Below the pieces are notes generated by a model. That model had not been told where the DNA came from. It did no database searches and saw only the letters and a list, made by a program, of their open reading frames with translations. The position numbers and the translations under genes are program-made. Below are positions 23,841-32,891 of a stretch of 42,120 nt of DNA, piece by piece (position 1 is the first letter of the stretch; each line of letters starts with the position of its first letter). The DNA is from Candidatus Bathyarchaeota archaeon RBG_13_60_20. Its GTDB lineage: Archaea; Thermoproteota; Bathyarchaeia; TCS64. The DNA is taken from assembly GCA_001775965.1 (NCBI GenBank), contig MEZG01000035.1:1-42120 (forward strand), read 5' to 3'.

Positions 23841-24395
23841 ATGAGGGCCATCGTGCTTCACGGAAGCCCCAGGAAAGGGATGAACTCTGACACCCTGGCC
23901 GGGGAGTTCCTGAGGGGGCTGGCCGAGACGGGCGCCCACGAGGTGAAGCACTTCTACCTCAACGAGATGAGCGTCAGGCCCTGCCAAGGGTGCCTCAGCT
24001 GCGCGTCCTCTCCCAGCCACAGGTGCGCCATAGACGACGACATGGGTCTCATATACGAAGCGTACCGAGACGCGGGCCTGATCGTGTGGGCGAGCCCAAT
24101 GTACTGGGGCTACATCACGGCGCAGATGAAGGCCGTCCAGGACAGGATGGAGGCTCTGGCATGGGAGGGCTTCGACGGCAAGACCTTCGCGGTGCTCCTA
24201 ACGTACCGGCACCACTACGAGTCGGCAGCCAACATGTTCAGACGCATAGCGCCCCACTTCCATATAGACCTGCACATGGTTTCGTGCAGGACTTACGACC
24301 CCGAGATGAGGCTGGACATACCCATTGAGGCGTGCGCCGCGGAGCTCAGGGAAGCCTACGCTCTAGGCAGGAGGCTGGGCGCAGGAGCAGGCTGA
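23841..24395 (+). CDS. iron-sulfur flavoprotein-like NADPH-dependent FMN reductase
   Basis: 184 aa. MRAIVLHGSPRKGMNS is the flavodoxin-like FMN site, plus the compact cluster CQGCLSCASSPSHRC (CX2CX2CX7C) typical of Isf proteins. Confidence 0.75.
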   Translation: MRAIVLHGSPRKGMNSDTLAGEFLRGLAETGAHEVKHFYLNEMSVRPCQGCLSCASSPSHRCAIDDDMGLIYEAYRDAGLIVWASPMYWGYITAQMKAVQDRMEALAWEGFDGKTFAVLLTYRHHYESAANMFRRIAPHFHIDLHMVSCRTYDPEMRLDIPIEACAAELREAYALGRRLGAGAG

Positions 24396-24398
24396 GCC

Positions 24399-24614
24399 TC
24401 ACCTCTTCTCCCTGTCGAGCCAATCCTTGATCCTATCGATGGATCCCGACCTGTGGGTGCGCTCGCAGTGGGACGCGTAGTACTGGCCCCTTACGGGGTC
24501 GTACCAGATGTCGAAGCCCCTGTAGTTCTCGGCGACCCTGGGGAACCTCTGTTTACCCACGTGGTCGCCCTCCTTGCACGAGGGACAGCAACTCCCCCAG
24601 AGCGACACGCCCAA
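24399..24614 (-). CDS. small hypothetical protein
   Basis: 71-aa ORF downstream of the GGR-family gene on the same strand. The alternative GTG start at 24560 would reduce the overlap to 8 nt. No recognisable domain (..YRGFDIWYDPVRGQYYASH..). Confidence 0.3.
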   Translation of the reverse strand: MGVSLWGSCCPSCKEGDHVGKQRFPRVAENYRGFDIWYDPVRGQYYASHCERTHRSGSIDRIKDWLDREKR

Positions 24615-25755
24615 GGCTGCGGACCATTGTTGCCAGCATAGCAGGGTCGGTCAAAGCCTCCCTGATGACCCCCGCCTGCATGTCCACGTCGCCCCTCTCG
24701 AGGAGCATCTGCGCCCTGGCCTGAAGCCCCTCCTCCTTGAAGGCTTGGAGCGCCCTGCTGAGGCGCTCGTCTCCCAGCCCGTTCATGAGCCCCCTGAGGG
24801 CGAGCATCAGGCTGAACTCGTGGCCGTACCGCCTCCTCCACAGCCCCTCGTAGCGGCCCAGGTCTCTCCCGTCGCCGAGGTGCTCCGAGGCCACGTCCCC
24901 AGCAATACCGGCGCAGAGGCCTCCGAGCACGACGCCTCCCCCCGTGGTTGGCTTGACCTGGCCCGCCGCGTCCCCCACCAAGAGCACGTTGCCGTACACG
25001 GTGCGCTGGACGGGCCCCCCGGTGCACACGCGGCCAGCCCTGACCCTGGCCTGGGGCTCGACGCCGAAACGGTTCCTCAAGAACCCCTTGAGGCAGGCGA
25101 GCCCGTCGCCTCTGGAGGCGAGCCCGCACCTGGCCTCGCCGTCCCCTGTGGGTATGACCCACGCGAAGAACCCCCCGGCCAAGCTATCCCCGAACCAGAG
25201 CTCCACCATGCCTTGCTCCACCTCCACGCCGTCTAACTCCGCGTTGAACCCGTTGAGGAGCCCCCGCTGCCCCGCGTCGTGGCCCGCTTGGCCCAGCAGG
25301 CGGGCCCCCGGCCCCTCCGCGTCGATGACCACGCTGGGCTCAAGGACCCCGCCTCGGACCCTCAGCGCGGCCGTGCCCCCATTAAAGTCCAGAGCCTCAA
25401 CTCTCTTAGATAGAATGAGCTCGGCTCCCGCGTCCGCCGCCCTCTCGGCCAGGTGCCTGTCGAAGGAGGAGCGGTCCACCACGTACGCCCTGGGCCTGCT
25501 ATCCCTCAGCTCCATGTGCTCGCCGCTGGGCGCGTAGACGCGGCCGCCATACACCTCGCCTTGGATGAAATCCTCTCGGGGCTCCAAGCCCAGCCTCCTC
25601 AGGCCCTCGACGCTGATAAGCCCGGCGCAATGGCACGGCTCCCCGACGGCCGAGTGCTCCTCGTAAACCTGGACGCTGAACCCTCGTTCAGCCACACGCT
25701 TGGCCGCGAGGAGTCCCGCGGGGCCTGCGCCCACAACGGCTACCTCGGGCCTCAA
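24553..25755 (-). CDS. geranylgeranyl reductase-family FAD-dependent oxidoreductase
   Basis: 400 aa. VAVVGAGPAGLLAAKRVAERGFSVQVYEE is the GxGxxG dinucleotide fold. GEPCHCAGLIS and LVGDAAGQVKPTTGGG are typical of GGR family members. Confidence 0.85.
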   Translation of the reverse strand: MRPEVAVVGAGPAGLLAAKRVAERGFSVQVYEEHSAVGEPCHCAGLISVEGLRRLGLEPREDFIQGEVYGGRVYAPSGEHMELRDSRPRAYVVDRSSFDRHLAERAADAGAELILSKRVEALDFNGGTAALRVRGGVLEPSVVIDAEGPGARLLGQAGHDAGQRGLLNGFNAELDGVEVEQGMVELWFGDSLAGGFFAWVIPTGDGEARCGLASRGDGLACLKGFLRNRFGVEPQARVRAGRVCTGGPVQRTVYGNVLLVGDAAGQVKPTTGGGVVLGGLCAGIAGDVASEHLGDGRDLGRYEGLWRRRYGHEFSLMLALRGLMNGLGDERLSRALQAFKEEGLQARAQMLLERGDVDMQAGVIREALTDPAMLATMVRSLGRVALGELLSLVQGGRPRG

Positions 25756-25767
25756 GGGTTAAACCCC

Positions 25768-26598
25768 CTAGGATCGCTTGACGGTCTCGTAGTACTCGAC
25801 TTCGTCCAGGTCAGGGAAGTACTTGAGGATGTCCAGGGCCACTCCGCGTTTGGCGATCTGGATGTTCTCGCCGAAGAAAATCTTCTCGGGGACCCCGACC
25901 CTGAGCTTCTTCTTGGTCTTCTTGACCTCGAACTCGCCGGCCTCGATGCCCAGGAACCTGCGGCCTATGAGTGCCTCGTACTTCTTCTTGTCGTCCGTGA
26001 TGTGCTCAGTGACCTTGACCTTGTACAGTATCTTGCGGCCCGCCAGCGGATGGTTGTAGTCCACCTGGACGCGGCCCGCGCCCACGCTCCTGACGACGGC
26101 CGGCCTGCCGTCGATCTCCAGCTCGGCCCCAACGGCCGGGTTCACTCCTTTGCTGCGGAGCACCCTGTAGGGGATGGTCTGGACGTTGGCTGGGTTACGC
26201 TCGCCGAAGGCTTCCCCCGCTGGGACCTCGATCTCCTTCTCCTCGTCGAAGGGTGTCCCGGGGAGCCTGCTGTCCAGGCCGCGGAGGACGAAGCCGTCCC
26301 CCACGATCACGAGCCTGGGCCCGTAGGTTCTCTCCTCGCTGTGGATGCCGTGCTCCCGTGCAGCCTCCTCGCTGGTGGTCTCGAAGACCTCGCCGGTCTC
26401 CTCCGCGGTGCCTGTCATCTCCAGCATGATGAAGTCTCCCTTGTTCACCGCGTTCTCGTAGTGGACCTCCTCCTCTTCAGGCTCCTTGGCCTCAGCGGCC
26501 TCACCCTGAGCCTGTTCGGCGGCCTCTACTTCCTGCTCCTCGGCCTTCTCTTCCTCCTCAAGGGCCTCAGGTTTCTTTTCGTCGCTCATAGCATTCAC
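25768..26598 (-). CDS. long-type archaeal FKBP peptidyl-prolyl isomerase with acidic N-terminal extension
   Basis: 276 aa. VDYNHPLAGRKILYKVKVTEHI and GDFIMLEMTGT... mark an FKBP domain with an IF insert. It is preceded by an E/A-rich segment of about 45 aa. Confidence 0.85.
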   Translation of the reverse strand: MNAMSDEKKPEALEEEEKAEEQEVEAAEQAQGEAAEAKEPEEEEVHYENAVNKGDFIMLEMTGTAEETGEVFETTSEEAAREHGIHSEERTYGPRLVIVGDGFVLRGLDSRLPGTPFDEEKEIEVPAGEAFGERNPANVQTIPYRVLRSKGVNPAVGAELEIDGRPAVVRSVGAGRVQVDYNHPLAGRKILYKVKVTEHITDDKKKYEALIGRRFLGIEAGEFEVKKTKKKLRVGVPEKIFFGENIQIAKRGVALDILKYFPDLDEVEYYETVKRS

Positions 26599-26737
26599 TG
26601 TCGAGATTGATGAGCCAAGTTTTCCTTGGATTCTGTGACTGTATCGATGCTAAGCATTTAAAGGCTTTCTATCCGGCCGAGCTGAAACCTGGGGATCAGA
26701 CCTCTCGTATATAAACCGCTGAAGGTATGAATTGTTC

Positions 26738-28363
26738 ATGGTCACACGCCTAGCGCGGTACGCCCAGATCGCCGGTATCCTCACCAAGTACGGCTTCGGC
26801 ATCTTCCTACAGGAGCTGTTCCCGGAGGAGAAGCGCCCCGAGTTCCTGAGGCACGAGGAAGGTGTCGAGACCTTGGACGTCTACAGGCGCATAAGGATGG
26901 CCATCGAGGAGCTGGGCCCCACCTTCATCAAGCTGGGCCAGATAATGAGCGTCAGGCGCGACATGCTGCCGCTCCAGATGATCGAGGAGCTGCTGAAGCT
27001 GACGGACAGCGTAAAGTCGGTGCCCTTCGAGGAAGTACGACCCCTCATAGAGGAGACCTGCGGGCCCCTCAGCGAGCTGTGCCTGCTGGTGGACGAGGAG
27101 CCGGTGGCCGCGGCCAGCCTCAGCCAAGCCCACAGGGCCGTGATGAAGGACGGGGCGGAGGTGGTCTTCAAGGTCCAGCGCCCCAACATCCAGGAGCTCA
27201 TAGAGGTTGACCTGGCCATACTGGAGAGCCTCGCGGAGCGCGCCGAGAGGAGCCTCCCCTACCTGGCGCCGTACAACCCTGTGGGGCTCGTGGAGGAGTT
27301 CAGCCACCAGATGAGGAAGGAGCTGGACTTCGTCAGGGACGGCAAGAACGCGGAGACCATCCGCGACAACATGAAGGAGCTTCCGGAGGTCAAGGTTCCG
27401 AGGATTTACTGGGAGTACAGCGGCCCCCGGCTACTGGTCATGGAGTACATCCACGGCACAAGGATCGACGACGTGGAGAGGCTCAGGGAGAAGCACGACC
27501 TAAAGAGCCTGGCCGAGGTGGGGTTCCACGCGTACCTGAAGCAGATATTCGTGGACGGGTTCTTCCACGGCGACCCGCACCCAGGGAACCTCCTGGTCAC
27601 CGACGACGGAAAGCTTGTGTTCCTGGACTTCGGCATGGTGGGCATCCTGCGGCCCGAGCGCCGCCTCGCCTACACCCGTGTCCTGTACAGCGTAGTCTCC
27701 TCTGACGTGAACATGCTCCTGGACAGCTTGGAGGACTTGGACGTGGCCGTCGATCCCAGGGACCTGGACGGCTTCAAGGACGAGATGTACGTCGTCATGC
27801 AGGAGACCAGGCGCTACCAGCTGGGGGAGTACAGCTTCATGGATACCATGGTCGACCTCTCAGGTATCCTCTACAGGTACAGGGTCAGGATGCCGGGCAC
27901 CTTCATGCTCATGGTCAAGGTCGTGGCCATGGTCACCGACGTAGGGGTTCTCCTGGACCCCGAGTTCAACTTCATCGAACGCGTCAAGCCCTACCTGAAC
28001 AGGATTATGGTTGGTGGTATGCTAAAGCCGGAGCACTTGGAGGAGACCGCGAGCAACCTCGCCAACGAGATAATGGGGCTCCCCAGGGCCGTCAGGAGAT
28101 TCGCGGACGCCCTCATATCGGGGCGCTCTAGGATGGAGGTGAACATGCCAGAGGTGGCTAGGATCGAGAGGGCGATGGACCGGTCCAGTCAGAGGATGCA
28201 GCTGAGCTTGCTGGCCTCGGCCATAATAATCGGGATAGGGCTGGTTTCACTCTCGTACCAGGGGGCCGTGGTCCCATTCAGGGAGTTCTTGATCCCGCTG
28301 GGCTTGGTGGTCCTCCTAGCATTAATAGTCAAATCCTTCAGCAATCCACGTGGGGAGAACTAG
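26738..28363 (+). CDS. ABC1/UbiB-family atypical kinase
   Basis: ELGPTFIKLGQIMSVRRDMLP, AAASLSQAHRA..VVFKVQRP and FHGDPHPGNLLV are ABC1 motifs, and there are two C-terminal TM helices. I prefer ATG 26738 (TATATAAA about 25 nt upstream) over the TTG at 26732. Confidence 0.85.
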   Translation: MVTRLARYAQIAGILTKYGFGIFLQELFPEEKRPEFLRHEEGVETLDVYRRIRMAIEELGPTFIKLGQIMSVRRDMLPLQMIEELLKLTDSVKSVPFEEVRPLIEETCGPLSELCLLVDEEPVAAASLSQAHRAVMKDGAEVVFKVQRPNIQELIEVDLAILESLAERAERSLPYLAPYNPVGLVEEFSHQMRKELDFVRDGKNAETIRDNMKELPEVKVPRIYWEYSGPRLLVMEYIHGTRIDDVERLREKHDLKSLAEVGFHAYLKQIFVDGFFHGDPHPGNLLVTDDGKLVFLDFGMVGILRPERRLAYTRVLYSVVSSDVNMLLDSLEDLDVAVDPRDLDGFKDEMYVVMQETRRYQLGEYSFMDTMVDLSGILYRYRVRMPGTFMLMVKVVAMVTDVGVLLDPEFNFIERVKPYLNRIMVGGMLKPEHLEETASNLANEIMGLPRAVRRFADALISGRSRMEVNMPEVARIERAMDRSSQRMQLSLLASAIIIGIGLVSLSYQGAVVPFREFLIPLGLVVLLALIVKSFSNPRGEN

Positions 28364-28365
28364 TA

Positions 28366-29421
28366 TCAGGTCTCGGCCTGGTCCTCGGGGAGCCTCCCCC
28401 GCTTCAGCCGACCCGCATGGAACTCATCTTGCAGGAAGCAGGCGGCCGCGTGGCCCGGCTCCACCTCAACGAGCGGCGGCTCCTCGACCTTGCACCTGTC
28501 GAAGGCGTAGGGGCACCTTGGGTGGAACCTGCAGCCCGGCGGCACGTTGATGGGCTGCGGCGTCTCCCCCCTGATAGGGAGGTCGCCCCGCCTCCTCTCC
28601 GCGTCGGGCACCGGTACCGCGGCCATGAGTGCCTGGGTGTACGGGTGGTCTGGGTCGTCAAGAACATCATGGGTGCCGCCGCACTCTATGAGCTTCCCCA
28701 GGTACATGACGCCGATGTCGTCGCTCATGTACCGCGCTATAGCCAGGTCGTGAGTTATGAAGAGGATGGTGAGGCCAAGCTTCTCCCGTATGTCCAGCAT
28801 AAGGTTCAGCACCTCGGTGCGTATTGAGACGTCCAGCATGGAGACGGGCTCGTCGGCCACCACGAACCTGGGCTTCAGTATCAGGACCCTGGCTATGGCT
28901 ACGCGCTGCCTCTGGCCGCCGCTCAGCTCATGGGGGTACCTGAACAGGAACTCCTCAGGGGGTATGAGCTGCACCTCGTTTAGCGCCTCCGAGATCAGGG
29001 CGCGCCGCTCCTCGTCCCCCGCGCCTATCCCGTGTATCTCTAGGGGCTCGGCCACCAGCTCGTAGATGGTCATCTTGGGGTTCAGGGACTCGAAGGGGTC
29101 CTGGAAGATTATCTGCATCTCCCTGCGGTACGCCTTGACCTCGCCCCTGGGCAGCTCGTCCACGTCGACGCCGTCGAACAGGACGTGGCCCGAGGTGGGC
29201 TCTATGAGCCTGATGACCGCCCTGCCCGTGGTTGTCTTGCCGCACCCGCTCTCACCCACAAGGCCGAATATTTCCCCGCTCTTGATGGTGAAGCTGACGC
29301 CGTCAACGGCCTTGACCATGGGCACCTCCCTGCGTAGGAGGCTGTCCAGGAGGCTCATGTGGACCGGGAAGTGCTTCACCAAGCCCTCGACCCTCACCAG
29401 CCTCTCGCTCATGGCCGTCAC
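28366..29421 (-). CDS. oppF: oligopeptide/dipeptide ABC transporter ATP-binding protein (OppF/DppF type)
   Basis: 351 aa. Walker A GESGCGKTT, signature LSGGQRQRV, Walker B FVVADEP, and the C-terminal oligopeptide-type extension with CRFHPRCP. Confidence 0.9.
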   Translation of the reverse strand: MTAMSERLVRVEGLVKHFPVHMSLLDSLLRREVPMVKAVDGVSFTIKSGEIFGLVGESGCGKTTTGRAVIRLIEPTSGHVLFDGVDVDELPRGEVKAYRREMQIIFQDPFESLNPKMTIYELVAEPLEIHGIGAGDEERRALISEALNEVQLIPPEEFLFRYPHELSGGQRQRVAIARVLILKPRFVVADEPVSMLDVSIRTEVLNLMLDIREKLGLTILFITHDLAIARYMSDDIGVMYLGKLIECGGTHDVLDDPDHPYTQALMAAVPVPDAERRRGDLPIRGETPQPINVPPGCRFHPRCPYAFDRCKVEEPPLVEVEPGHAAACFLQDEFHAGRLKRGRLPEDQAET

Positions 29422-30395
29422 CTATACTCCGGGTGCCTGTTCACCATGTGGCAGGCCACCATGTGGTTCTCATGGGTCTCCAGCAGCGGAGGGACGATGC
29501 GGGTGCAGACATCCCTGGCGTGGGGGCACCTGGGGTGGAACCTGCACCCAGGTGGAGGGTCCAGCAGGTTTGGCGGGTTCCCCGTGATGGACTCCAGCCG
29601 CTTCCGCTCGCCCGTCAGTTTAGGGAACGCCCCTATCAGGCCCACGGAGTAGGGGTGGAGGGGGTGCCTGAACATCTCGACCGTGGACGTGTTCTCCACG
29701 ATGCTCCCAGCGTACATTATGACGGTCCTCTCGCACGTCTCGGCCACCACGGAGAGGTCGTGGCTTATGAGTATCATTGAGAGGCCCAGATCCCTCTGCA
29801 GGGTCTTGATGACCTTCAGCACCTGGGCCTGCACTATGACGTCCAGGGCCGTGGTGGGCTCGTCCGCGATCACTATCTCCGGGTTACAGGCCAGCGCCAT
29901 GGCTATCATGGCGCGCTGCTTCATGCCCCCGCTGAACTCATGGGGGTAGTTACCCGCTCTGGATGGGTCGATGCCCACCCGCTTCAGGAGCTCCAGGGTG
30001 CGCTTCTCAGCCTCCTTCTCGGATACATCCTCGTGGGTGAGGATGGCCTCGATGATCTGGTCTTTGACGGTGAAGACCGGGTTGAGGGCGTTCATGGCGG
30101 CCTGAGGCACCATGGATATACGTTTCCACCTGACTTCCCGCCTGATCTTCTCGTCGTCCAGGGCCAGCACGTTCATTCCGTCTAGGGTGATGGAGCCGCC
30201 CAGAAACTTGGCGTTGCCGGGCTGCAGCTTCATCAGGGCCAGGGCCACGCTGGTCTTGCCGCACCCCGACTCTCCGGCTATGCCCAGGCTCTCGCCCGCC
30301 TCCAGGCTGAAGCTCACGTCGTCCACTGCCTTAACGTCGCCTTTCACGGTCCCGTAGTGCATCTTCAGGCCCCTGACCTCGAGCAGCGCCGTCAT
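29418..30395 (-). CDS. oppD: oligopeptide/dipeptide ABC transporter ATP-binding protein (OppD/DppD type)
   Basis: 325 aa. GESGCGKTS, FSGGMKQRA, VIADEPTTALD and C-terminal CRFHPRCPHA. 4-nt overlap with oppF. Confidence 0.9.
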   Translation of the reverse strand: MTALLEVRGLKMHYGTVKGDVKAVDDVSFSLEAGESLGIAGESGCGKTSVALALMKLQPGNAKFLGGSITLDGMNVLALDDEKIRREVRWKRISMVPQAAMNALNPVFTVKDQIIEAILTHEDVSEKEAEKRTLELLKRVGIDPSRAGNYPHEFSGGMKQRAMIAMALACNPEIVIADEPTTALDVIVQAQVLKVIKTLQRDLGLSMILISHDLSVVAETCERTVIMYAGSIVENTSTVEMFRHPLHPYSVGLIGAFPKLTGERKRLESITGNPPNLLDPPPGCRFHPRCPHARDVCTRIVPPLLETHENHMVACHMVNRHPEYR

Positions 30396-30396
30396 C

Positions 30397-31857
30397 CTAC
30401 CGCCCCCTCAGCTTCGGGTTGAATATGTCGTCCAGGGCGTACCCGATGAACACGAAGCTCATGCTCAGCAGCGCTATGCACAGGCCTGGGGGCACGGCCC
30501 ACCACCACTCGGCCACGGCGCCGTAGTACTGGACGTCGTGAAGCATCTTGCCCCACGTCTGAAGGAAGGGGTCACCCAGGCCCAGGAAGCTGAGGGCCGC
30601 CTCGGTGACTATAGCCCCCGGCACGGTGAGCGCCAGCTGGGTGTACGCCATGGTCATCACGTTGGGTACTAGGTGGACCCTTATGATGTGCCACGTGCCC
30701 CCGCCGCTGGCCCTGCTGGCCTCCACGAAGGCCTTGGTCTTCAGCGTGAGCACCTGGGACCTGATAAGGCGGGCTATCCCCATCCAGCCTAGGAACCCTA
30801 TGAGGATGATGACACTCCAGATGGTAGGCCCCAGGACCGCGGTGAGCACTATAAGGAAGGGTAGGCCGGGGATGGTGAGGAGAATGTCGTTGATCCTCAT
30901 GGCGAGCTCGTCCACCCAGCCTCCCAGGTAGCCCGAGGTCAGCCCCACGAGGACGCCGAGGACCACCGCTATGACGGCCGAGAAGATGCCGATTATAATG
31001 GATATCCTGCTCCCGTGCATCAGCTGGGTGAATATGTCGCGGCCGTAGTTGTCTGTGCCCAGGAGCCCGAAGCTCTCGCCCCATATGCGGGCGCTCACGT
31101 CGTCCAGGTACACCTTCACCGTGCCGCCCTCGCTCACCGTGCTGACCCTCACCACGAGGCCGTACTCGCCGCCCCGGGGGAACATCCTGGAGGCGTCGCC
31201 CAGTATATCGTTGAACAGCCGCAGCCTGAGGATGGCGTCGTTGGTGTCGATCTGGGGCCTCGGCACAGTCCATCCCTGGGAACCGCGTCGGGGCCCCGAA
31301 CTCCACAACTCCAGGAGGTTCCCATCGCTCTGCCTCAGTAGCACCTGGATGCTCCAGGTGGCCTCACCAGTGACCTGGGCCTTGTAGGCGAGGTGGACCG
31401 AGAACCTGCGCGGCGGCTTGTACGCGTACTGGTAGATCCTCTCTACGACGGCCGTCCCCTCGGCGCTCGGCTCCCCGGTCACCTCGATGGCTCCGGGCCC
31501 GCTGCCCTCCTCGACCAGGGGTATCCCGGGGTAGCCCTCCGAGCCCGTCCAGGAGGCCGACGATCCCCCCGTCAACTCCAGGCTCCACTCGCCCAGGGCG
31601 GCCACCGATGGTAAGCCTGGGTCCGTGATCAGGTACAGGTTGGGAGGCAGCGCGGGGTCCAGCCACTGGGGCTTCGCCCTGAAGTTAGCCAGCTGCATGG
31701 TGTACATGGGGTCGTAGGGCGTCAAGTAGGGGGCCAGGGCGGCCATCCCTATGAAGATAAAGAGCAGGGCGAGGCCGGCCTGCCCCATCCTGTTACCCAG
31801 GTACATGCGGCCGAACTCGGAGACGCTCCTAGCCAGCCTCCCTCTGTCCATCGTCAC
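30397..31857 (-). CDS. oppC: Opp/Dpp ABC transporter permease (OppC type) with extracytoplasmic insertion of about 200 aa
   Basis: 486 aa. The OppC_N-like start is LALLFIFIGMAALAPYLTPYDP, and the BPD core has the EAA loop (FVEASRASGGGTWHIIRVHLVPN). Residues about 55-265 between TM1 and the core are an extra soluble domain. Confidence 0.85.
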   Translation of the reverse strand: MTMDRGRLARSVSEFGRMYLGNRMGQAGLALLFIFIGMAALAPYLTPYDPMYTMQLANFRAKPQWLDPALPPNLYLITDPGLPSVAALGEWSLELTGGSSASWTGSEGYPGIPLVEEGSGPGAIEVTGEPSAEGTAVVERIYQYAYKPPRRFSVHLAYKAQVTGEATWSIQVLLRQSDGNLLELWSSGPRRGSQGWTVPRPQIDTNDAILRLRLFNDILGDASRMFPRGGEYGLVVRVSTVSEGGTVKVYLDDVSARIWGESFGLLGTDNYGRDIFTQLMHGSRISIIIGIFSAVIAVVLGVLVGLTSGYLGGWVDELAMRINDILLTIPGLPFLIVLTAVLGPTIWSVIILIGFLGWMGIARLIRSQVLTLKTKAFVEASRASGGGTWHIIRVHLVPNVMTMAYTQLALTVPGAIVTEAALSFLGLGDPFLQTWGKMLHDVQYYGAVAEWWWAVPPGLCIALLSMSFVFIGYALDDIFNPKLRGR

Positions 31858-32829
31858 CTACTCCTGCCTGATCCTCGGGTCCAGGAACCCGTAGACGAGG
31901 TCAGCAATGAGGTTGGCCGCCACCACCATCACCGAGATGATGAAGAATATGCCCTGGAGGGCCGGGTAGTCCTGCTTCAGTATGGCGTCCCAGATGTACC
32001 TCCCCAGCCCGTACCAGCTGAACACCGTCTCAGTGAGGAGCGCCCCCGACAGCAGGAACCCGAAGGCCAGGGCTATCACCGTAACCATAGGCAGCATGGC
32101 GTTCCTGAGCGCGTGCTTGTAAAGCACCGTCCTCTCGTCTAGGCCCTTGGCGCGGGCCAGCTGTATGTAGTCCTCCGTCAGCACGTCTATCATGGCTGCC
32201 CTCATGATGAGGGCGTAGCCTCCGAAGAGGATGATGACCAGTGCGAAGGTGGGCAGCGTCATGTGCCACATGATGTCCAGCACCAGGGCGAGGGGATCGG
32301 TGGGCGCCGGGACGCTGGTGGTGCCTCGTATGGGGAACCACTTGAGGTCGACGCCGAAGACCAGGAGCAGTATGAGGCCAAGCCAGAAGACGGGCACCGA
32401 GTTACCCAGGAACCCGAAGCTTATGGCGGTGACGTCCACGAGGCTCCCTCGGCGCGCAGCGGCCAGTATGCCTATCACCATGCCTATGACTATGGAGAGC
32501 ACCGTAGCCGTGCCCACCAGCAGCAGCGTGTTTGGGAGCCTCACCATGATGTCCTCGGCTATAGGCCGCTGGCTGTAGTAACTGTAACCGTAGAAGCCGC
32601 GGAGGCTCTGGACCATGTACTGGACGTACTGGTCCCAGAGGGGCTTGTCCAGGCCGAACAGCTCGTAGAGGCGCGCCACCTGCTCGGGGCGTAGCCGCAC
32701 CATGTCCGCGATCATGGCCACTGGGTTCCCCGGCATCATCCTGAAGATGACGAAGTTCATGGTCATGATTATCAGGATGGTGACTACCGCGAACGCGGCC
32801 CTCTTGGCGACGTATGACAGCAGACCCAT
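31858..32829 (-). CDS. oppB: Opp/Dpp ABC transporter permease (OppB type)
   Basis: 323 aa. MGLLSYVAKRAAFAVVT... and DYIQLARAKGLDERTVLYKHALRNAMLP form the EAA motif. Confidence 0.9.
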   Translation of the reverse strand: MGLLSYVAKRAAFAVVTILIIMTMNFVIFRMMPGNPVAMIADMVRLRPEQVARLYELFGLDKPLWDQYVQYMVQSLRGFYGYSYYSQRPIAEDIMVRLPNTLLLVGTATVLSIVIGMVIGILAAARRGSLVDVTAISFGFLGNSVPVFWLGLILLLVFGVDLKWFPIRGTTSVPAPTDPLALVLDIMWHMTLPTFALVIILFGGYALIMRAAMIDVLTEDYIQLARAKGLDERTVLYKHALRNAMLPMVTVIALAFGFLLSGALLTETVFSWYGLGRYIWDAILKQDYPALQGIFFIISVMVVAANLIADLVYGFLDPRIRQE

Positions 32830-32891
32830 ACTATCAATATGCCCTAAGACTGAGAGTATTTCAATTTTCTTTACAAAAAGGGTGGGTGGGG